A stretch of 62,333 nt of DNA from Verrucomicrobiota bacterium (lineage in GTDB: Bacteria > Verrucomicrobiota > Verrucomicrobiia > Chthoniobacterales > UBA10450), in assembly GCA_003219005.1 (NCBI GenBank), contig QHPG01000102.1, positions 1-62,333 on the forward strand. Direction: 5' to 3'. A program made the translations under genes and the position numbers. A model generated the notes under the pieces. That model was not told the DNA's origin and made no database searches. It saw only the letters and a list, made by a program, of their open reading frames with translations. Every line of letters begins with the position of its first letter. Positions within the stretch are counted from its first letter, which is position 1. Shown one piece after another: positions 34,364 through 44,182 of the stretch.

Positions 34364-35074
34364 ATGAAGCGAACCTTCGATCCGGCTGTCCTGGAAATGA
34401 TGGATCGGCCGCAACCGGTCTCTCCCGAGTTGGAGCGCGACTTGGAACGTATTCGGCAACTTAATCGCTGGTTCGGCAGCTATCGGCTGGTTTTGGGTTT
34501 TCTGCGGCGCTGGATTAAGCCGGGCGCGCGAATGCGCATTGTGGATCTTGCGACGGGCTCGGGCGACATTCCGCGATTGATCGCCAATAATGGCCGAAAA
34601 ATCGGCGCGCGCGTCGAGATCGACGCCTTAGATCGACAGCCTGCAACACTGGAAGTCGCCACAAAGTTGAGCGCAGGCTATCCAGAAATTTGCTACCACG
34701 AAGCCAATATTCTCGAATGGAATTCTGCCCAAGCGTACGACGTCGTGCTTTGCACGCTTGCGCTTCATCATTTCAGCGATGAAGACGCTGTAACTGTGTT
34801 GCGGCGGTGTCGGGAGTTATCCCGAAGATTTGTTCTGGTGTCGGATTTGCGTCGCGGATTTTTCCTCCGAGTTGGCGTTTATTTTTTGACCGCGCTGATT
34901 TTTCGCGAACCGATGACGCGTTACGACGCCCGACTCTCTGCTGTGCGCGCATTTTCATTTTCGGAGATGCGCGATCTCGCAGTCCGCGCCGGCTGGAAGG
35001 ACTTTGGGCACAAAAGATTTCGATTCGCGAGGCAGGCGATTTGGTTGGACGAATGGCCCAAACAACGTCCTTGA
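34364..35074 (+). CDS. Class I SAM-dependent methyltransferase
   Basis: ATG 34364 (the track TTG 34343 lies inside the hairpin). Motif I is IVDLATGSGDIP; a post-I acidic residue and LALHHF are present. Confidence 0.7.
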   Translation: MKRTFDPAVLEMMDRPQPVSPELERDLERIRQLNRWFGSYRLVLGFLRRWIKPGARMRIVDLATGSGDIPRLIANNGRKIGARVEIDALDRQPATLEVATKLSAGYPEICYHEANILEWNSAQAYDVVLCTLALHHFSDEDAVTVLRRCRELSRRFVLVSDLRRGFFLRVGVYFLTALIFREPMTRYDARLSAVRAFSFSEMRDLAVRAGWKDFGHKRFRFARQAIWLDEWPKQRP

Positions 35075-35127
35075 CGATTTCGTGTTTGAAGCAGTATTAA
35101 AGATTAACGTCCACGCGGAAAGCATTT

Positions 35128-36522
35128 ATGCCGCTCCTGAAACCAGATCCCACGTTTTATCCCTCGCCAAGGCTGGCGATGCAGGCCCCTCCGGAAAAAT
35201 ATGCATTTGTGGCAGCGCTTAATCCGCCCGGCAGCAAACTCAACGACGCGTTGCTGGTTGTGGATGTCGATCCTAGCTCGCGCACGTACGGCCAGCGCGT
35301 CGGCGAAGTCAAGATGCCCGCGTTTGGCGATGAGCTGCACCACTTCGGTTGGAATGCATGCAGCTCGGCGCTCTGCCCCTATGCACCGCATCCGCACGTG
35401 GAACGCCGTTATCTCGTTGTCCCTGGGCTACGGTCTTCGCGTATTCACATCATCGACACGAAGCCGAATCCGCGGAAACCGAAGATTGTCAAAGTGATTG
35501 AGCCCGAGGAAATTTTTGCGCGCACCAATTATTCGCGGCCACACACCGTTCACTGTGGCCCGGAAGGCATTTACATGAGCGCGCTGGGTGCGCCCAATGG
35601 CGACGGCCCGGGCGGCATTTTCATGCTCGATTGCGAAACGTTCGAGGTTCTCGGCCAGTGGGAAGTGAACCGTGGCCCACAATTTTTGCAGTACGATTTT
35701 TGGTGGCACTTGGGATTCGACACACTCCTCAGCAGTGAATGGGGCACGCCGAACATGATTGAAAACGGATTGCAGCCGGATCTGCTCCTCGGCAGCAAGT
35801 ACGGTCACCAAATGCACGTCTGGGATTTGCGGCGTCGTCGCCATTTGCAGGCGCTCGATTTGGGCAAAGAGCAGCAAATGGTCCTCGAGATGCGTCCCGC
35901 GCATGATCCAACCAAAGCTTACGGCTTCGTTGGGGTCGTGGTTTCGCTCAAAGATTTATCGGCGTCAGTCTGGCTCTGGCACAGGAACAATGGCGCATGG
36001 GATGTAAAGAAAGTGATCGAAATTCCAGCGGAACCCGCCGATCCAGAAAAATTGCCGCCGATGCTCAGGGATTTTAAAGCGGTACCGCCACTAGTGTCGG
36101 ACATCGATTTATCACTCGACGACAGATTTTTATATGTCTCCTGCTGGGGGACGGGCGAGTTCTTGCAGTACGACGTCTCCGATCCATTCAATCCGAAAAA
36201 GACCGGCTCGGTGCGCATCGGCGGCATTGTCAATCGCACGCCGCATCCGAAACAGCCCGACCAGCCGCTGGCTGGCGGCCCGCAAATGGTGGAAGTAAGC
36301 CGCGACGGCAAACGAATCTATTTCACCAACTCTCTCTATGCAGCGTGGGATGAGCAATTCTATCCCGACGGTGTGGGCAGCTGGATGGTCAAGCTTGACG
36401 CCGGCCGCAACGGGGGCATCGCGTTTGACGAAAACTTCTTCCTGGAGAGCAACGACTACCGGGTTCATCAAGTTCGCCTCGAAGGAGGCGATTCCTCGAG
36501 CGATTCCTTTTGCTTTCCGTGA
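35128..36522 (+). CDS. Selenium-binding protein 56 family (SELENBP1/methanethiol oxidase homologue), cytoplasmic form
   Basis: 464 aa, collinear with human SELENBP1 as I remember it: DELHHFGWNACSS, SSRIHIIDTKPNPRKPKIVKVIEPEEI, YDFWWH, SDIDLSLDDRFLYVSCWGTGEFLQYDVSDP, GGPQMVEVSRDGKRIYFTNSLYAAWDEQFYP, GGDSSSD. No signal or Tat peptide. Confidence 0.9.
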   Translation: MPLLKPDPTFYPSPRLAMQAPPEKYAFVAALNPPGSKLNDALLVVDVDPSSRTYGQRVGEVKMPAFGDELHHFGWNACSSALCPYAPHPHVERRYLVVPGLRSSRIHIIDTKPNPRKPKIVKVIEPEEIFARTNYSRPHTVHCGPEGIYMSALGAPNGDGPGGIFMLDCETFEVLGQWEVNRGPQFLQYDFWWHLGFDTLLSSEWGTPNMIENGLQPDLLLGSKYGHQMHVWDLRRRRHLQALDLGKEQQMVLEMRPAHDPTKAYGFVGVVVSLKDLSASVWLWHRNNGAWDVKKVIEIPAEPADPEKLPPMLRDFKAVPPLVSDIDLSLDDRFLYVSCWGTGEFLQYDVSDPFNPKKTGSVRIGGIVNRTPHPKQPDQPLAGGPQMVEVSRDGKRIYFTNSLYAAWDEQFYPDGVGSWMVKLDAGRNGGIAFDENFFLESNDYRVHQVRLEGGDSSSDSFCFP

Positions 36523-37154
36523 GTGGCCTCTGGCCGTGGCTGGCGGTCTTTGGGCTCGGTCTCTTTCATGGCATCAATCCTGCCATGGGATGGTTGTTCG
36601 CTGTGGCGCTGGGGTTGCAGGAGCAAAAGCGCGCAGCCGTATTCCGTGCGCTGCCGCCGATGGTGCTGGGGCATGCGCTTTCGATTGGGATCATCGTCGC
36701 CGCAGTGCTTGTGGCCCGGGTTAACGTTCCGCACGTCACGTTAAAAATTGCAGCCGCCGCGATCCTGTTTGCGTTTGGCTTCTATCGCCTTTTGCGTTCG
36801 CGTCATCCAAACTGGGTTGGAATGCGAGTGGGTTTTGGCGATCTGACGTTTTGGTCGTTCATCATGGCGTCGGCGCATGGTGCGGGGCTGATGCTCGTGC
36901 CATTTTTCCTGGGATCGCCGGCTGCGGGCGATGCGCATCACCACGGCACTGCCTTCACGAATTTTAGTGCGCCTTCTTTGCTCGCGGCTTCGGTCGCAGT
37001 TCACACATTGGGATATCTTCTAATGACTGCGCTGATCGCGATTGTGGTTTACGAAAAACTTGGCGTGGCAATATTGCGCCGTGCTTGGTTCAACGTCGAT
37101 TTTGTCTGGATGCTCGCGCTAATGATCACTGGTGCATTTATCCTGTTCCTTTGA
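36519..37154 (+). CDS. Hypothetical 6-TM membrane protein with His-rich loop, translationally coupled to the SBP56 gene
   Basis: GTG 36519 overlaps the SBP56 TGA (GTGA). Hydrophobic segments include GLFHGINPAMGWLFAVALG, and one loop reads AAGDAHHHG. The family was not recognised. Confidence 0.6.
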   Translation: MSGLWPWLAVFGLGLFHGINPAMGWLFAVALGLQEQKRAAVFRALPPMVLGHALSIGIIVAAVLVARVNVPHVTLKIAAAAILFAFGFYRLLRSRHPNWVGMRVGFGDLTFWSFIMASAHGAGLMLVPFFLGSPAAGDAHHHGTAFTNFSAPSLLAASVAVHTLGYLLMTALIAIVVYEKLGVAILRRAWFNVDFVWMLALMITGAFILFL

Positions 37155-37172
37155 CTCGCGCACCGCACGTAG

Positions 37173-38018
37173 TTGGATAAAGCTGGCGACGTGAAAATTT
37201 TCACCACGATCGCAGACGTGCAGGCGCAGCCGCGCGGAAAACTGCGCGTACTGGTGCCGACCATGGGCGCGTTGCATAAGGCGCATGGCGAACTGATCCG
37301 GATAGCGCGCGCGGCGGCCGGCAAAGATGGCGAAGTCGCCGTCAGCATTTTTGTGAACCCGCTTCAGTTTGAGTCTGGAGGCGACTACGAGCGGTACCCG
37401 CGGCCGGAAAAACCTGACGAAGAATTTTGTCGAAAGGCCGGTGTCGATTTCCTGTTCTGTCCCAGTCCAGCGGAAATGTACGCCGAGGACCGCTCGGTGT
37501 TCGTTGAAGAATTCTCTCTTTCGAAGGCGCTTGAGGGTAAGTCGCGGCCGGGACATTTTCGCGGGGTTTGCACCGTGGTCGCGAAATTGTTCAATATTCT
37601 TGCGCCGGACGCGGCGGTATTTGGCGAGAAGGATTTTCAGCAGTTGGCGGTCGTTCGCCGCATGGTGCGCGATCTCAATTTCAAGATCGAGATCATTGCC
37701 GTTCCTACGATGCGGGAGGATGACGGGCTGGCATGCAGTTCACGCAATCGATATTTGAATTTGAAAGAACGAAAGCAGGCAGCAGTTTTATACAAAGCGC
37801 TACGTGCTGCGGCAAATGCCAGCGGAAAATTGGCCGGAGACCTCGTCGCTCGTGCGCGGAAGGTAATCGGCGAAGCGCCGCTGGCTCGGATCGATTATGT
37901 CGAGCTTGTCGATGCGGAAACTTTGCAACCCGTTGAAATGGCTGGACCGGGCTCGGTGCTCGTGTTGGCTGTGTTCTTCGGCAAGACTCGTTTGATCGAC
38001 AATATCCGCTTGGGATGA
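37173..38018 (+). CDS. panC: Pantoate--beta-alanine ligase
   Basis: Motifs VPTMGALHKAHGELI, GEKDFQQ and SSRN are present. The TTG track start is used; GTG 37191 (VKIFTTIADV) is an equally plausible start. Confidence 0.9.
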   Translation: MDKAGDVKIFTTIADVQAQPRGKLRVLVPTMGALHKAHGELIRIARAAAGKDGEVAVSIFVNPLQFESGGDYERYPRPEKPDEEFCRKAGVDFLFCPSPAEMYAEDRSVFVEEFSLSKALEGKSRPGHFRGVCTVVAKLFNILAPDAAVFGEKDFQQLAVVRRMVRDLNFKIEIIAVPTMREDDGLACSSRNRYLNLKERKQAAVLYKALRAAANASGKLAGDLVARARKVIGEAPLARIDYVELVDAETLQPVEMAGPGSVLVLAVFFGKTRLIDNIRLG

Positions 38019-39610
38019 AGGAATACGATTTTGTTGTGATTGGCAGCGGCATTGCCGGTCTCAGCTTTGCATTGAAAGCGACCAGGCACGGGTCGGTAGC
38101 CGTCATTACGAAACGCAAGGGCGCCGACACAAATACTGCTTGGGCGCAGGGCGGAATTGCATGCGTGACCAGCGATGAAGATTCGTTCGAGCTACACGTG
38201 CGCGATACACTTGAGGCTGGCGCCGGTCTTTGTGACGAAGCGGTGGTGCGGACGGTTGTGACCGAAGGCCCAGAGCGCATCCGAGAGCTCACAGAGCTCG
38301 GCGTGCAGTTCGATCAGCGGGAGGTCTCTGGTCATCATCGTGAGCTTGATCTGGGCAAAGAGGGCGGTCACTCGAAGCGGCGCGTGTTGCATGTGCGAGA
38401 CGCAACTGGGCAGGAAATCGAGGAGAGATTGCTGCACGAACTTGCGAAGCGACCAAATGTTGACCTTTGGGAGAATCATATGGCGGTGGATTTGATCACC
38501 GCCGCCAAGCTCGGATTCGCAACAGAAGACCGCTGCCTTGGGGTCTATGTTCTGGATGAAAAGACCGAAGAGGTAGAAACGATCCGGTCAGATCGGACCG
38601 TGCTTGCAACCGGCGGTTGCGGCAAAGTTTATTTGTATACGACGAATCCAGACATCGCGACCGGAGACGGTGTGGCGATGGCATGGCGCGCAGGCCTGGA
38701 AATCTCGAACATGGAGTTCATCCAGTTTCATCCCACATGTCTCTTTCATGCTGAGGCGAAATCGTTTCTCATTTCCGAAGCTGTGCGTGGTGAAGGCGGC
38801 ATTTTGCGTAATCATCGCGGCGAAGATTTCATGAGGCGCTACGATTCGCGTGGTTCACTGGCGCCGCGGGATATCGTGGCGCGCGCCATAGACGCGGAGA
38901 TCAAGCGCTCAGGGGCTAGATGTGTCTTTTTGGACATCACGCATAAGCCGCCGGAATTTATTCGGGAGCGTTTCCCGCACATTTACCGGACATGCCTGCG
39001 ATTCGGGATCGACATGTTGAAGCAGGCTATCCCGGTTGTGCCAGCAGCGCATTACCAATGCGGTGGAATTAAGACTGACGTAAATGGCGCGACCAGTTTG
39101 CTTGGGTTATTTGCGATCGGCGAGGTCGGCTGCACGGGTATGCACGGAGCCAACCGACTTGCGAGCAACTCGCTGCTGGAAGGGTTGGTAGTGGCGCATC
39201 GCGCCGCGGCGGCTGCTGTGCAGACACGACCGGCGCGAAAACAAAAAATCCCACTGCCGGAATGGCAATCGGGAAATGTCCAAGATGTAGATGAACTGGT
39301 GGTCATTTATCACAACTGGGACGAGATCAGACGCCTGATGTGGGATTACGTAGGAATCGTGCGTACTCACAAACGACTGCAACGGGCGAGTGCGCGGCTG
39401 CGAAATCTCCAGCGCGAAATACGCGAGTTCTACTGGAATTTTAAAGTATCAATCGATCTGCTGGAACTGCGCAATCTCGCAGCGGTAGCAGCGTTGATTG
39501 TTGATTCTGCCTTGTGCCGGAAAGAGAGCCGCGGCCTCCATTACACGCTTGATCATCCAGAAACGGATGACCGAGAATTCAAGCGTGATACGCTACTCAG
39601 GCGCGGTTGA
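38015..39610 (+). CDS. nadB: L-aspartate oxidase
   Basis: 531 aa. The ATG overlaps the panC stop (ATGA). The FAD motif DFVVIGSGIAGL, plus AQGGIA and HGANRLASNSLLE, are present. Confidence 0.92.
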   Translation: MKEYDFVVIGSGIAGLSFALKATRHGSVAVITKRKGADTNTAWAQGGIACVTSDEDSFELHVRDTLEAGAGLCDEAVVRTVVTEGPERIRELTELGVQFDQREVSGHHRELDLGKEGGHSKRRVLHVRDATGQEIEERLLHELAKRPNVDLWENHMAVDLITAAKLGFATEDRCLGVYVLDEKTEEVETIRSDRTVLATGGCGKVYLYTTNPDIATGDGVAMAWRAGLEISNMEFIQFHPTCLFHAEAKSFLISEAVRGEGGILRNHRGEDFMRRYDSRGSLAPRDIVARAIDAEIKRSGARCVFLDITHKPPEFIRERFPHIYRTCLRFGIDMLKQAIPVVPAAHYQCGGIKTDVNGATSLLGLFAIGEVGCTGMHGANRLASNSLLEGLVVAHRAAAAAVQTRPARKQKIPLPEWQSGNVQDVDELVVIYHNWDEIRRLMWDYVGIVRTHKRLQRASARLRNLQREIREFYWNFKVSIDLLELRNLAAVAALIVDSALCRKESRGLHYTLDHPETDDREFKRDTLLRRG

Positions 39611-39746
39611 GCCAGATTTAGGGCAGGAATATCGCGCTATAATGCCCCCGAAAACTTTCGGGGCAGCGCGGTCTTCTACAAAGACTTCGGAAGATTCGGC
39701 TTGCCTAGGAGCATAGAATCGGATAGAGAATGCCGGCGTCCGCACC

Positions 39747-40580
39747 ATGAAGAGACTTCTTGCGGCTTGTTTGAGTCTGGCAGTTGCTGGCTCGGTTAAA
39801 GCCGACGAACAATCCACTTCCCCATACGCGACTGCCGCAGACTTCGCCAAGTACGCGATGAAACTGCGGGAGCAGGCGTTGCTTAAGGTGGAACCGCAAG
39901 TCTTTATCCCTACCAGCTCCCACCCGGCGATCCAGCGTTACCCGTGGAAAACGAACATCGTGACGACCGTCTTTTGGGTTGGAGAACAAGCTGGAGGCAA
40001 TAATCCGGTTCCCAACTATAAAAGCGCCTGGGATTTTAATTGGACGACGAATTACGGCGGAACGGATACTCCTGATTCAAGCGCGCGGCGCAATTACATT
40101 CCCGTGGCGTTTATTCCTAAGTTGAATCCTTTCTACTGTGCGCTGCCGTACAACGATGTGACGCATGGCCAGTTCAAGCCGGAAGCACCGCTAGTGATTC
40201 CCTGGTTCAAACAAGCGTATTCAGGTCAGGGAGAGTCGGTGTGCCGGAATCACTGGATTGCCATTCGCAAAGGCAACCGCACTTGTTATGCGCAATGGGA
40301 AGATTGCGGCCCATTTCGCACCGACCATTTCCAATACGTCTTTGGAAATGAGCGACCCAAGCCGAATCTAAACCATGGTGCCGGGCTGGATGTTTCTCCG
40401 GCAGTCCGCGATTACCTGGGGCTGGCGCCCACCGACGTGACCGATTGGCAATTTGTCGAAGTACGTGACGTGGCTCCCGGACCGTGGCGAAGCTACGGCG
40501 AAAATAATCACTTTGTTCTTGCGCGTAGCAAGAGCGAGCAGCGGATGGCTGACCGAAGCGTGAGCACCGCGAAGAAGTAA
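39747..40580 (+). CDS. Secreted hypothetical protein, possible RlpA/barwin-like (DPBB) C-terminal fold
   Basis: Signal peptide MKRLLAACLSLAVAGSVKA. The segment CYAQWEDCGPF......GAGLDVSPAVRDYLGL resembles the DPBB ..D.GP....lDlS.aa...Lg pattern only loosely. Confidence 0.4.
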   Translation: MKRLLAACLSLAVAGSVKADEQSTSPYATAADFAKYAMKLREQALLKVEPQVFIPTSSHPAIQRYPWKTNIVTTVFWVGEQAGGNNPVPNYKSAWDFNWTTNYGGTDTPDSSARRNYIPVAFIPKLNPFYCALPYNDVTHGQFKPEAPLVIPWFKQAYSGQGESVCRNHWIAIRKGNRTCYAQWEDCGPFRTDHFQYVFGNERPKPNLNHGAGLDVSPAVRDYLGLAPTDVTDWQFVEVRDVAPGPWRSYGENNHFVLARSKSEQRMADRSVSTAKK

Positions 40581-40604
40581 ACCTCTCCACGCTCTAGCGG
40601 CAGT

Positions 40605-41432
40605 CTAGCCGCTTGGGGAAGAGGTCGGAGACGGGGCGATTGAGGGCGAAAGAGTGGCTTTTGTCGATGTGTTTCCGCCGGGCTGCGGACTTGAATGAGA
40701 AGCTTGCGGCGTGGCCATGCGAATTAGTTCCGATACGGTGACGAACTTAAAACCATTGGCCTCGAGCGCATCGAGAGTGGAGGACATTGCTTCGATTGTC
40801 CCTGGGTGAATGTCGTGAGATAACACGATCGAACCGGGCCGCGTCTCTTTGAGAATTCGATTGCGGACCACAGCCGGACCAGGCCGTTTCCAGTCATACG
40901 GATCGACTTCCCAGAAAATGATCTGGTAGCCGAATTCATCGTGAATCCAGTGTTTTTCGCGCTCTGTGAGAGATCCGTAAGGCGGCCGCATTAATGTGGG
41001 ACGCTTGCCGGTTGCGTTTTTGATTGCATCATCGGTTCGCTGTAACTGGCTGCGAACGCTTTCCTGCGACATCTTCGCAAAGTTAGGATGCGACCAACTG
41101 TGGTTGCCGATTTCATGGCCTTCCCGGGCGGCCCGCGCAACGATTTCAGGATGTTCCGCAACATTTTCGCCGATGACGAAGAAGGTCACCTTGATGTGGC
41201 GCGCGGCGAGTAAATCGAGCAGTTTTGGGGTAAGCGTAGGGCTTGGGCCATCGTCAAAGGTCATTGCGATGTGAGGACCCTCTGTGTGAACTGAGTTGAA
41301 CGTGATATTCTGCTCTGTCGGAGCTTTGCGCCCGCTCTTTTCTGGAGTTTGCGACGGAATTTTCGGGTCGGCTCCAAGAGTACTCGTCGCGACCAGAGCA
41401 ACGCAAAGGAAGTACAAACGGAGAAAAAACAT
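40605..41432 (-). CDS. Secreted polysaccharide deacetylase (NodB homology, CE4)
   Basis: ATG 41432 (MFFLRLYFLCVALVATSTLG). TFDDGP, HSWSHP and RPPYG motifs are present, followed by a Ser/Pro-rich tail. Confidence 0.85.
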   Translation of the reverse strand: MFFLRLYFLCVALVATSTLGADPKIPSQTPEKSGRKAPTEQNITFNSVHTEGPHIAMTFDDGPSPTLTPKLLDLLAARHIKVTFFVIGENVAEHPEIVARAAREGHEIGNHSWSHPNFAKMSQESVRSQLQRTDDAIKNATGKRPTLMRPPYGSLTEREKHWIHDEFGYQIIFWEVDPYDWKRPGPAVVRNRILKETRPGSIVLSHDIHPGTIEAMSSTLDALEANGFKFVTVSELIRMATPQASHSSPQPGGNTSTKATLSPSIAPSPTSSPSG

Positions 41433-41547
41433 TTGCGCGAAAATGGTAGATGAATCGCATGTACCTAGCAGAGGTCGCCACCGACGCAAGACGCGGCGCC
41501 ATTGAAGTTACAACGACGTTTCGCGCTTCCGCGAAACGCGGAAGCGT

Positions 41548-42012
41548 TCAATCTTTGTGCAATTTTCCCAGTTGGGCGATAAGGTCCGCGCCCGGCAGGT
41601 ACCCCTCGAACCGCCAAAGTTTTTGCCCATTGCCATCGAGGACGATGAGCGTGGGGAATCCATACACATTATATTGGCGTGCGAGCTCCAGGTTTTGCTT
41701 TTGCAATTCAGCGGTTTGCGCCTGCGCCCGAGAACCACCAGGCCGCGGGAAGTCGAGCTCCAGGAGCACCAAATTCTTGTTGGCATAATCTTTGAAATCA
41801 GCCTGGGACAAAACATCTTGGTACAATCGAACGCACCAGCCGCACCAGTCGGAACCGGTAAAGTTAAGCAGCAACAGTTTGTGGCTGGCTTTGGCCTCCT
41901 CCTGCGCTTTGTGGTAATCGTCGAGCCAACCGGACGCGGCGGCGCTGCCAGCCGGCGCATGGAACAAAAAGCAGGCTGCAACAGCAAAGAGAATGAAACG
42001 ACGCTTTTTCAC
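41548..42012 (-). CDS. Exported thioredoxin-like protein (CxxC)
   Basis: GTG 42012 (VKKRRFILFAVAACFLF..., signal-like); the track start 42060 is possible. The thioredoxin motif is LNFTGSDWCGWCVRL. Confidence 0.75.
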   Translation of the reverse strand: MKKRRFILFAVAACFLFHAPAGSAAASGWLDDYHKAQEEAKASHKLLLLNFTGSDWCGWCVRLYQDVLSQADFKDYANKNLVLLELDFPRPGGSRAQAQTAELQKQNLELARQYNVYGFPTLIVLDGNGQKLWRFEGYLPGADLIAQLGKLHKD

Positions 42013-42100
42013 ATGGTCACTTTTAACTAGACCACGCCTGCGCGCAAGCACGGCAAACAACCGTCCGCCGCGGCAGCGATTCTATTATCCATGTCCGCAG

Positions 42101-42128
42101 ATAGCCCGGCGGGGAAACGCCGGGCTAT
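42101..42128. terminator. Perfect 11-bp stem-loop ATAGCCCGGCG-GGGAAA-CGCCGGGCTAT downstream of the SWIB gene
   Basis: Read directly, 17 nt after the SWIB stop on the minus strand. There is no U-tract, so terminator function is inferred. Confidence 0.45.
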
Positions 42129-42144
42129 AAACGGCATTGTCGAT

Positions 42145-42426
42145 CTAGCGCAGATGCTTCGAAACGAGCTTGGTCATCTCGAACATGCTCACTTGGCTCT
42201 TGCCATTAAACACTGGCCGCAGTGAGTCGTCCGCGTTGATCATGGTTCGTTTCTTTTTATCCTGCAGACCGCGCTTCTTGATGTAGTTCCACAGCTTTTT
42301 GGTAAGCTCAGAACGTGGCAGCGGCGCTGACCCAACAACGGCAGAAAGCTTGTCGTCGGGCTGGACCGGTCTCATAAAGGCGGGATTCGGTTTGCGTTTG
42401 GAAGTTTTCTTTTTGGTTTTCGGCAT
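42145..42426 (-). CDS. SWIB/MDM2-domain protein
   Basis: 93 aa with a basic N-terminus, then LSAVVGSAPLPRSELTKKLWNYIKKRGLQDKKKRTMINADDSLRPVF. Confidence 0.85.
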   Translation of the reverse strand: MPKTKKKTSKRKPNPAFMRPVQPDDKLSAVVGSAPLPRSELTKKLWNYIKKRGLQDKKKRTMINADDSLRPVFNGKSQVSMFEMTKLVSKHLR

Positions 42427-42491
42427 GGACGCTGATTAGCGTTTCGCTCGGAAGAGAGCAACATTAAATTTTGAATAAACGAAGATTTTTT

Positions 42492-43694
42492 TTAGGCAGT
42501 TCGGCGCACCGCCAAAGCCGCCACATCATCCGGCAACGCTTCTTCGGCTTTGGATGGCGCTGTCTCCTCCAATATTCGCCCAAGGAGGGCCTCGGCGCTG
42601 GGCGCAGAGTGATCGAGCATTTTCTCCAGGAATTGTGAATTCAGACGGGACTCTTTGCCCTTCCTTGAGCCGAACAAACCATCCGTGTAGAGGAGGAAAG
42701 TGTCGCCCGGTTTTAGATTGACAATCGTTTCTGTAAGTTCTGGAGATTCCACCAAGCCTAATGGCGGCGCGACAGAAGCGATCGTCTCGGTGGCGCCGGT
42801 GCGACGTGCAATCAAGAGAGGCGGATGCCCGGCGCCGACAATGCTCGCACGTCCGGTCGAAGGATGGACTGCGACGCACATCGCGGTCATAAAGGAGCGC
42901 CCGCCAAAAATGCTGCGAAAATCATGGTTCACCGCTTCCATCACGCGGGCTGGTGTGTCGTGTTCCACGCTGCCGTAGTGAAAAAGAAGTTTTGCCAGAG
43001 TCGTGAGCAGCGCCGCAGCGGCGCCGTGACCAGTGCCATCAACGATCCAGAATAAGATTCTGCCATCCTTCATTCGTAGCCATCCATAGATATCGCCGCC
43101 GACCTGAATTACCGGGCGATAACAAGTCGCAACCTCCCAACCAAACAGCGCCGGCGGCTTTTGCGGGATCAACGATTGCTGCGTTAGGCGCGCGGCTTCC
43201 AAATCGCGCTCAAGATCACGGCGCCAGTTCTCCAGTTCGTCATTCTGCCGTTCTAATTGCCGCCGCATCGAGCGGAGTCGAAGCTGAGTCTCGATTCGCG
43301 CTTGTAACACCGCGGTATAGACTGGCTTGGTCACAAAATCATCCGCGCCAGCCTGCAGACAAGATACCTCGCTTTCTTCGCTTCCGTGCGCGGTCAACAT
43401 AATGACGGGAATCTGTGCGACTGCCGGATTATGGTCCGAACGAAGGCGTGTTAACACTTCCGCGCCGTTTAGCCCTGGCATATCAAAATCAAGCAGAAGC
43501 AGCGAAGGCGGCTTCGCATGAATTATCTCCAGCGCTTCGGAACCGTCTTTACAAACGAGACATTTGAAACCAGCAGCCATGAGCAATTGCGCCAGCAGCC
43601 TGCGACTCATGGCATCATCGTCCACTACTAAAATCTCTGCATGGGGACCGTCCGACATCTCACCTTTGGATTCGGATGAAATGCGCCAGGCCAT
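42492..43694 (-). CDS. Response-regulator receiver + PP2C (SpoIIE/RsbU-type) phosphatase
   Basis: The REC domain has EILVVDDD and the acceptor context LLLLDFDMPGLNG. The PP2C part has GGDIYGW, VDGTGHG and LLYTDGL. The start is ATG 43694 or 43658 (MSDGPHAEILVVDDD); the track start 43787 abuts the divergent gene. Confidence 0.85.
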   Translation of the reverse strand: MAWRISSESKGEMSDGPHAEILVVDDDAMSRRLLAQLLMAAGFKCLVCKDGSEALEIIHAKPPSLLLLDFDMPGLNGAEVLTRLRSDHNPAVAQIPVIMLTAHGSEESEVSCLQAGADDFVTKPVYTAVLQARIETQLRLRSMRRQLERQNDELENWRRDLERDLEAARLTQQSLIPQKPPALFGWEVATCYRPVIQVGGDIYGWLRMKDGRILFWIVDGTGHGAAAALLTTLAKLLFHYGSVEHDTPARVMEAVNHDFRSIFGGRSFMTAMCVAVHPSTGRASIVGAGHPPLLIARRTGATETIASVAPPLGLVESPELTETIVNLKPGDTFLLYTDGLFGSRKGKESRLNSQFLEKMLDHSAPSAEALLGRILEETAPSKAEEALPDDVAALAVRRTA

Positions 43695-43789
43695 TGTATT
43701 TGCGCGGTTCTTTCTCAAACGAAGAAAAAGTGATTTAATGATTGGCAACGAGTCGGACTCCGGATACGATTGCGACAGTATTTCCATTT

Positions 43790-44182
43790 ATGAAATTTCC
43801 ATTGTTGCTTGCTCTCCTCGCGGCATTCCTGCTCGCCTCATGCGCTGAAGAGCCGCCGCCGCCACCTAGCCGCCATAGAATGGCGAATTATCCTCCCAGT
43901 CAGACGGAGCAATACCCGCCGCAGCAACAGCCGTTCAATCCGAATGGACCAGTTCAACCCACGGGTACCCCGGCAGCCGAAACCGCACCAGCTTCACCTC
44001 CTCCCACCGCTGCACCGACAAAAATTGCAAAGGGAGATTATCCGTACGGAATTCCTGTCCCTGGCAAACCGCACTTAGTGGAGAGCCCGTATTCGCCAGG
44101 CAAATATATCGATGTGGAAGGATTCCCTCCGGGAACCGAAGTGAAGGATCCTTATACCGATAAGATCTTTCTCGTACCGTAG
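43790..44182 (+). CDS. Lipoprotein with conserved C-terminal ...GF.PGT.VKDP.TDKIFLVP module (paralogue of 23703..24275)
   Basis: ATG 43790 gives MKFPLLLALLAAFLLASC (lipobox). The middle is Pro/Gln-rich. The C-terminus is VPGKPHLVESPYSPGKYIDVEGFPPGTEVKDPYTDKIFLVP. Confidence 0.7.
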   Translation: MKFPLLLALLAAFLLASCAEEPPPPPSRHRMANYPPSQTEQYPPQQQPFNPNGPVQPTGTPAAETAPASPPPTAAPTKIAKGDYPYGIPVPGKPHLVESPYSPGKYIDVEGFPPGTEVKDPYTDKIFLVP

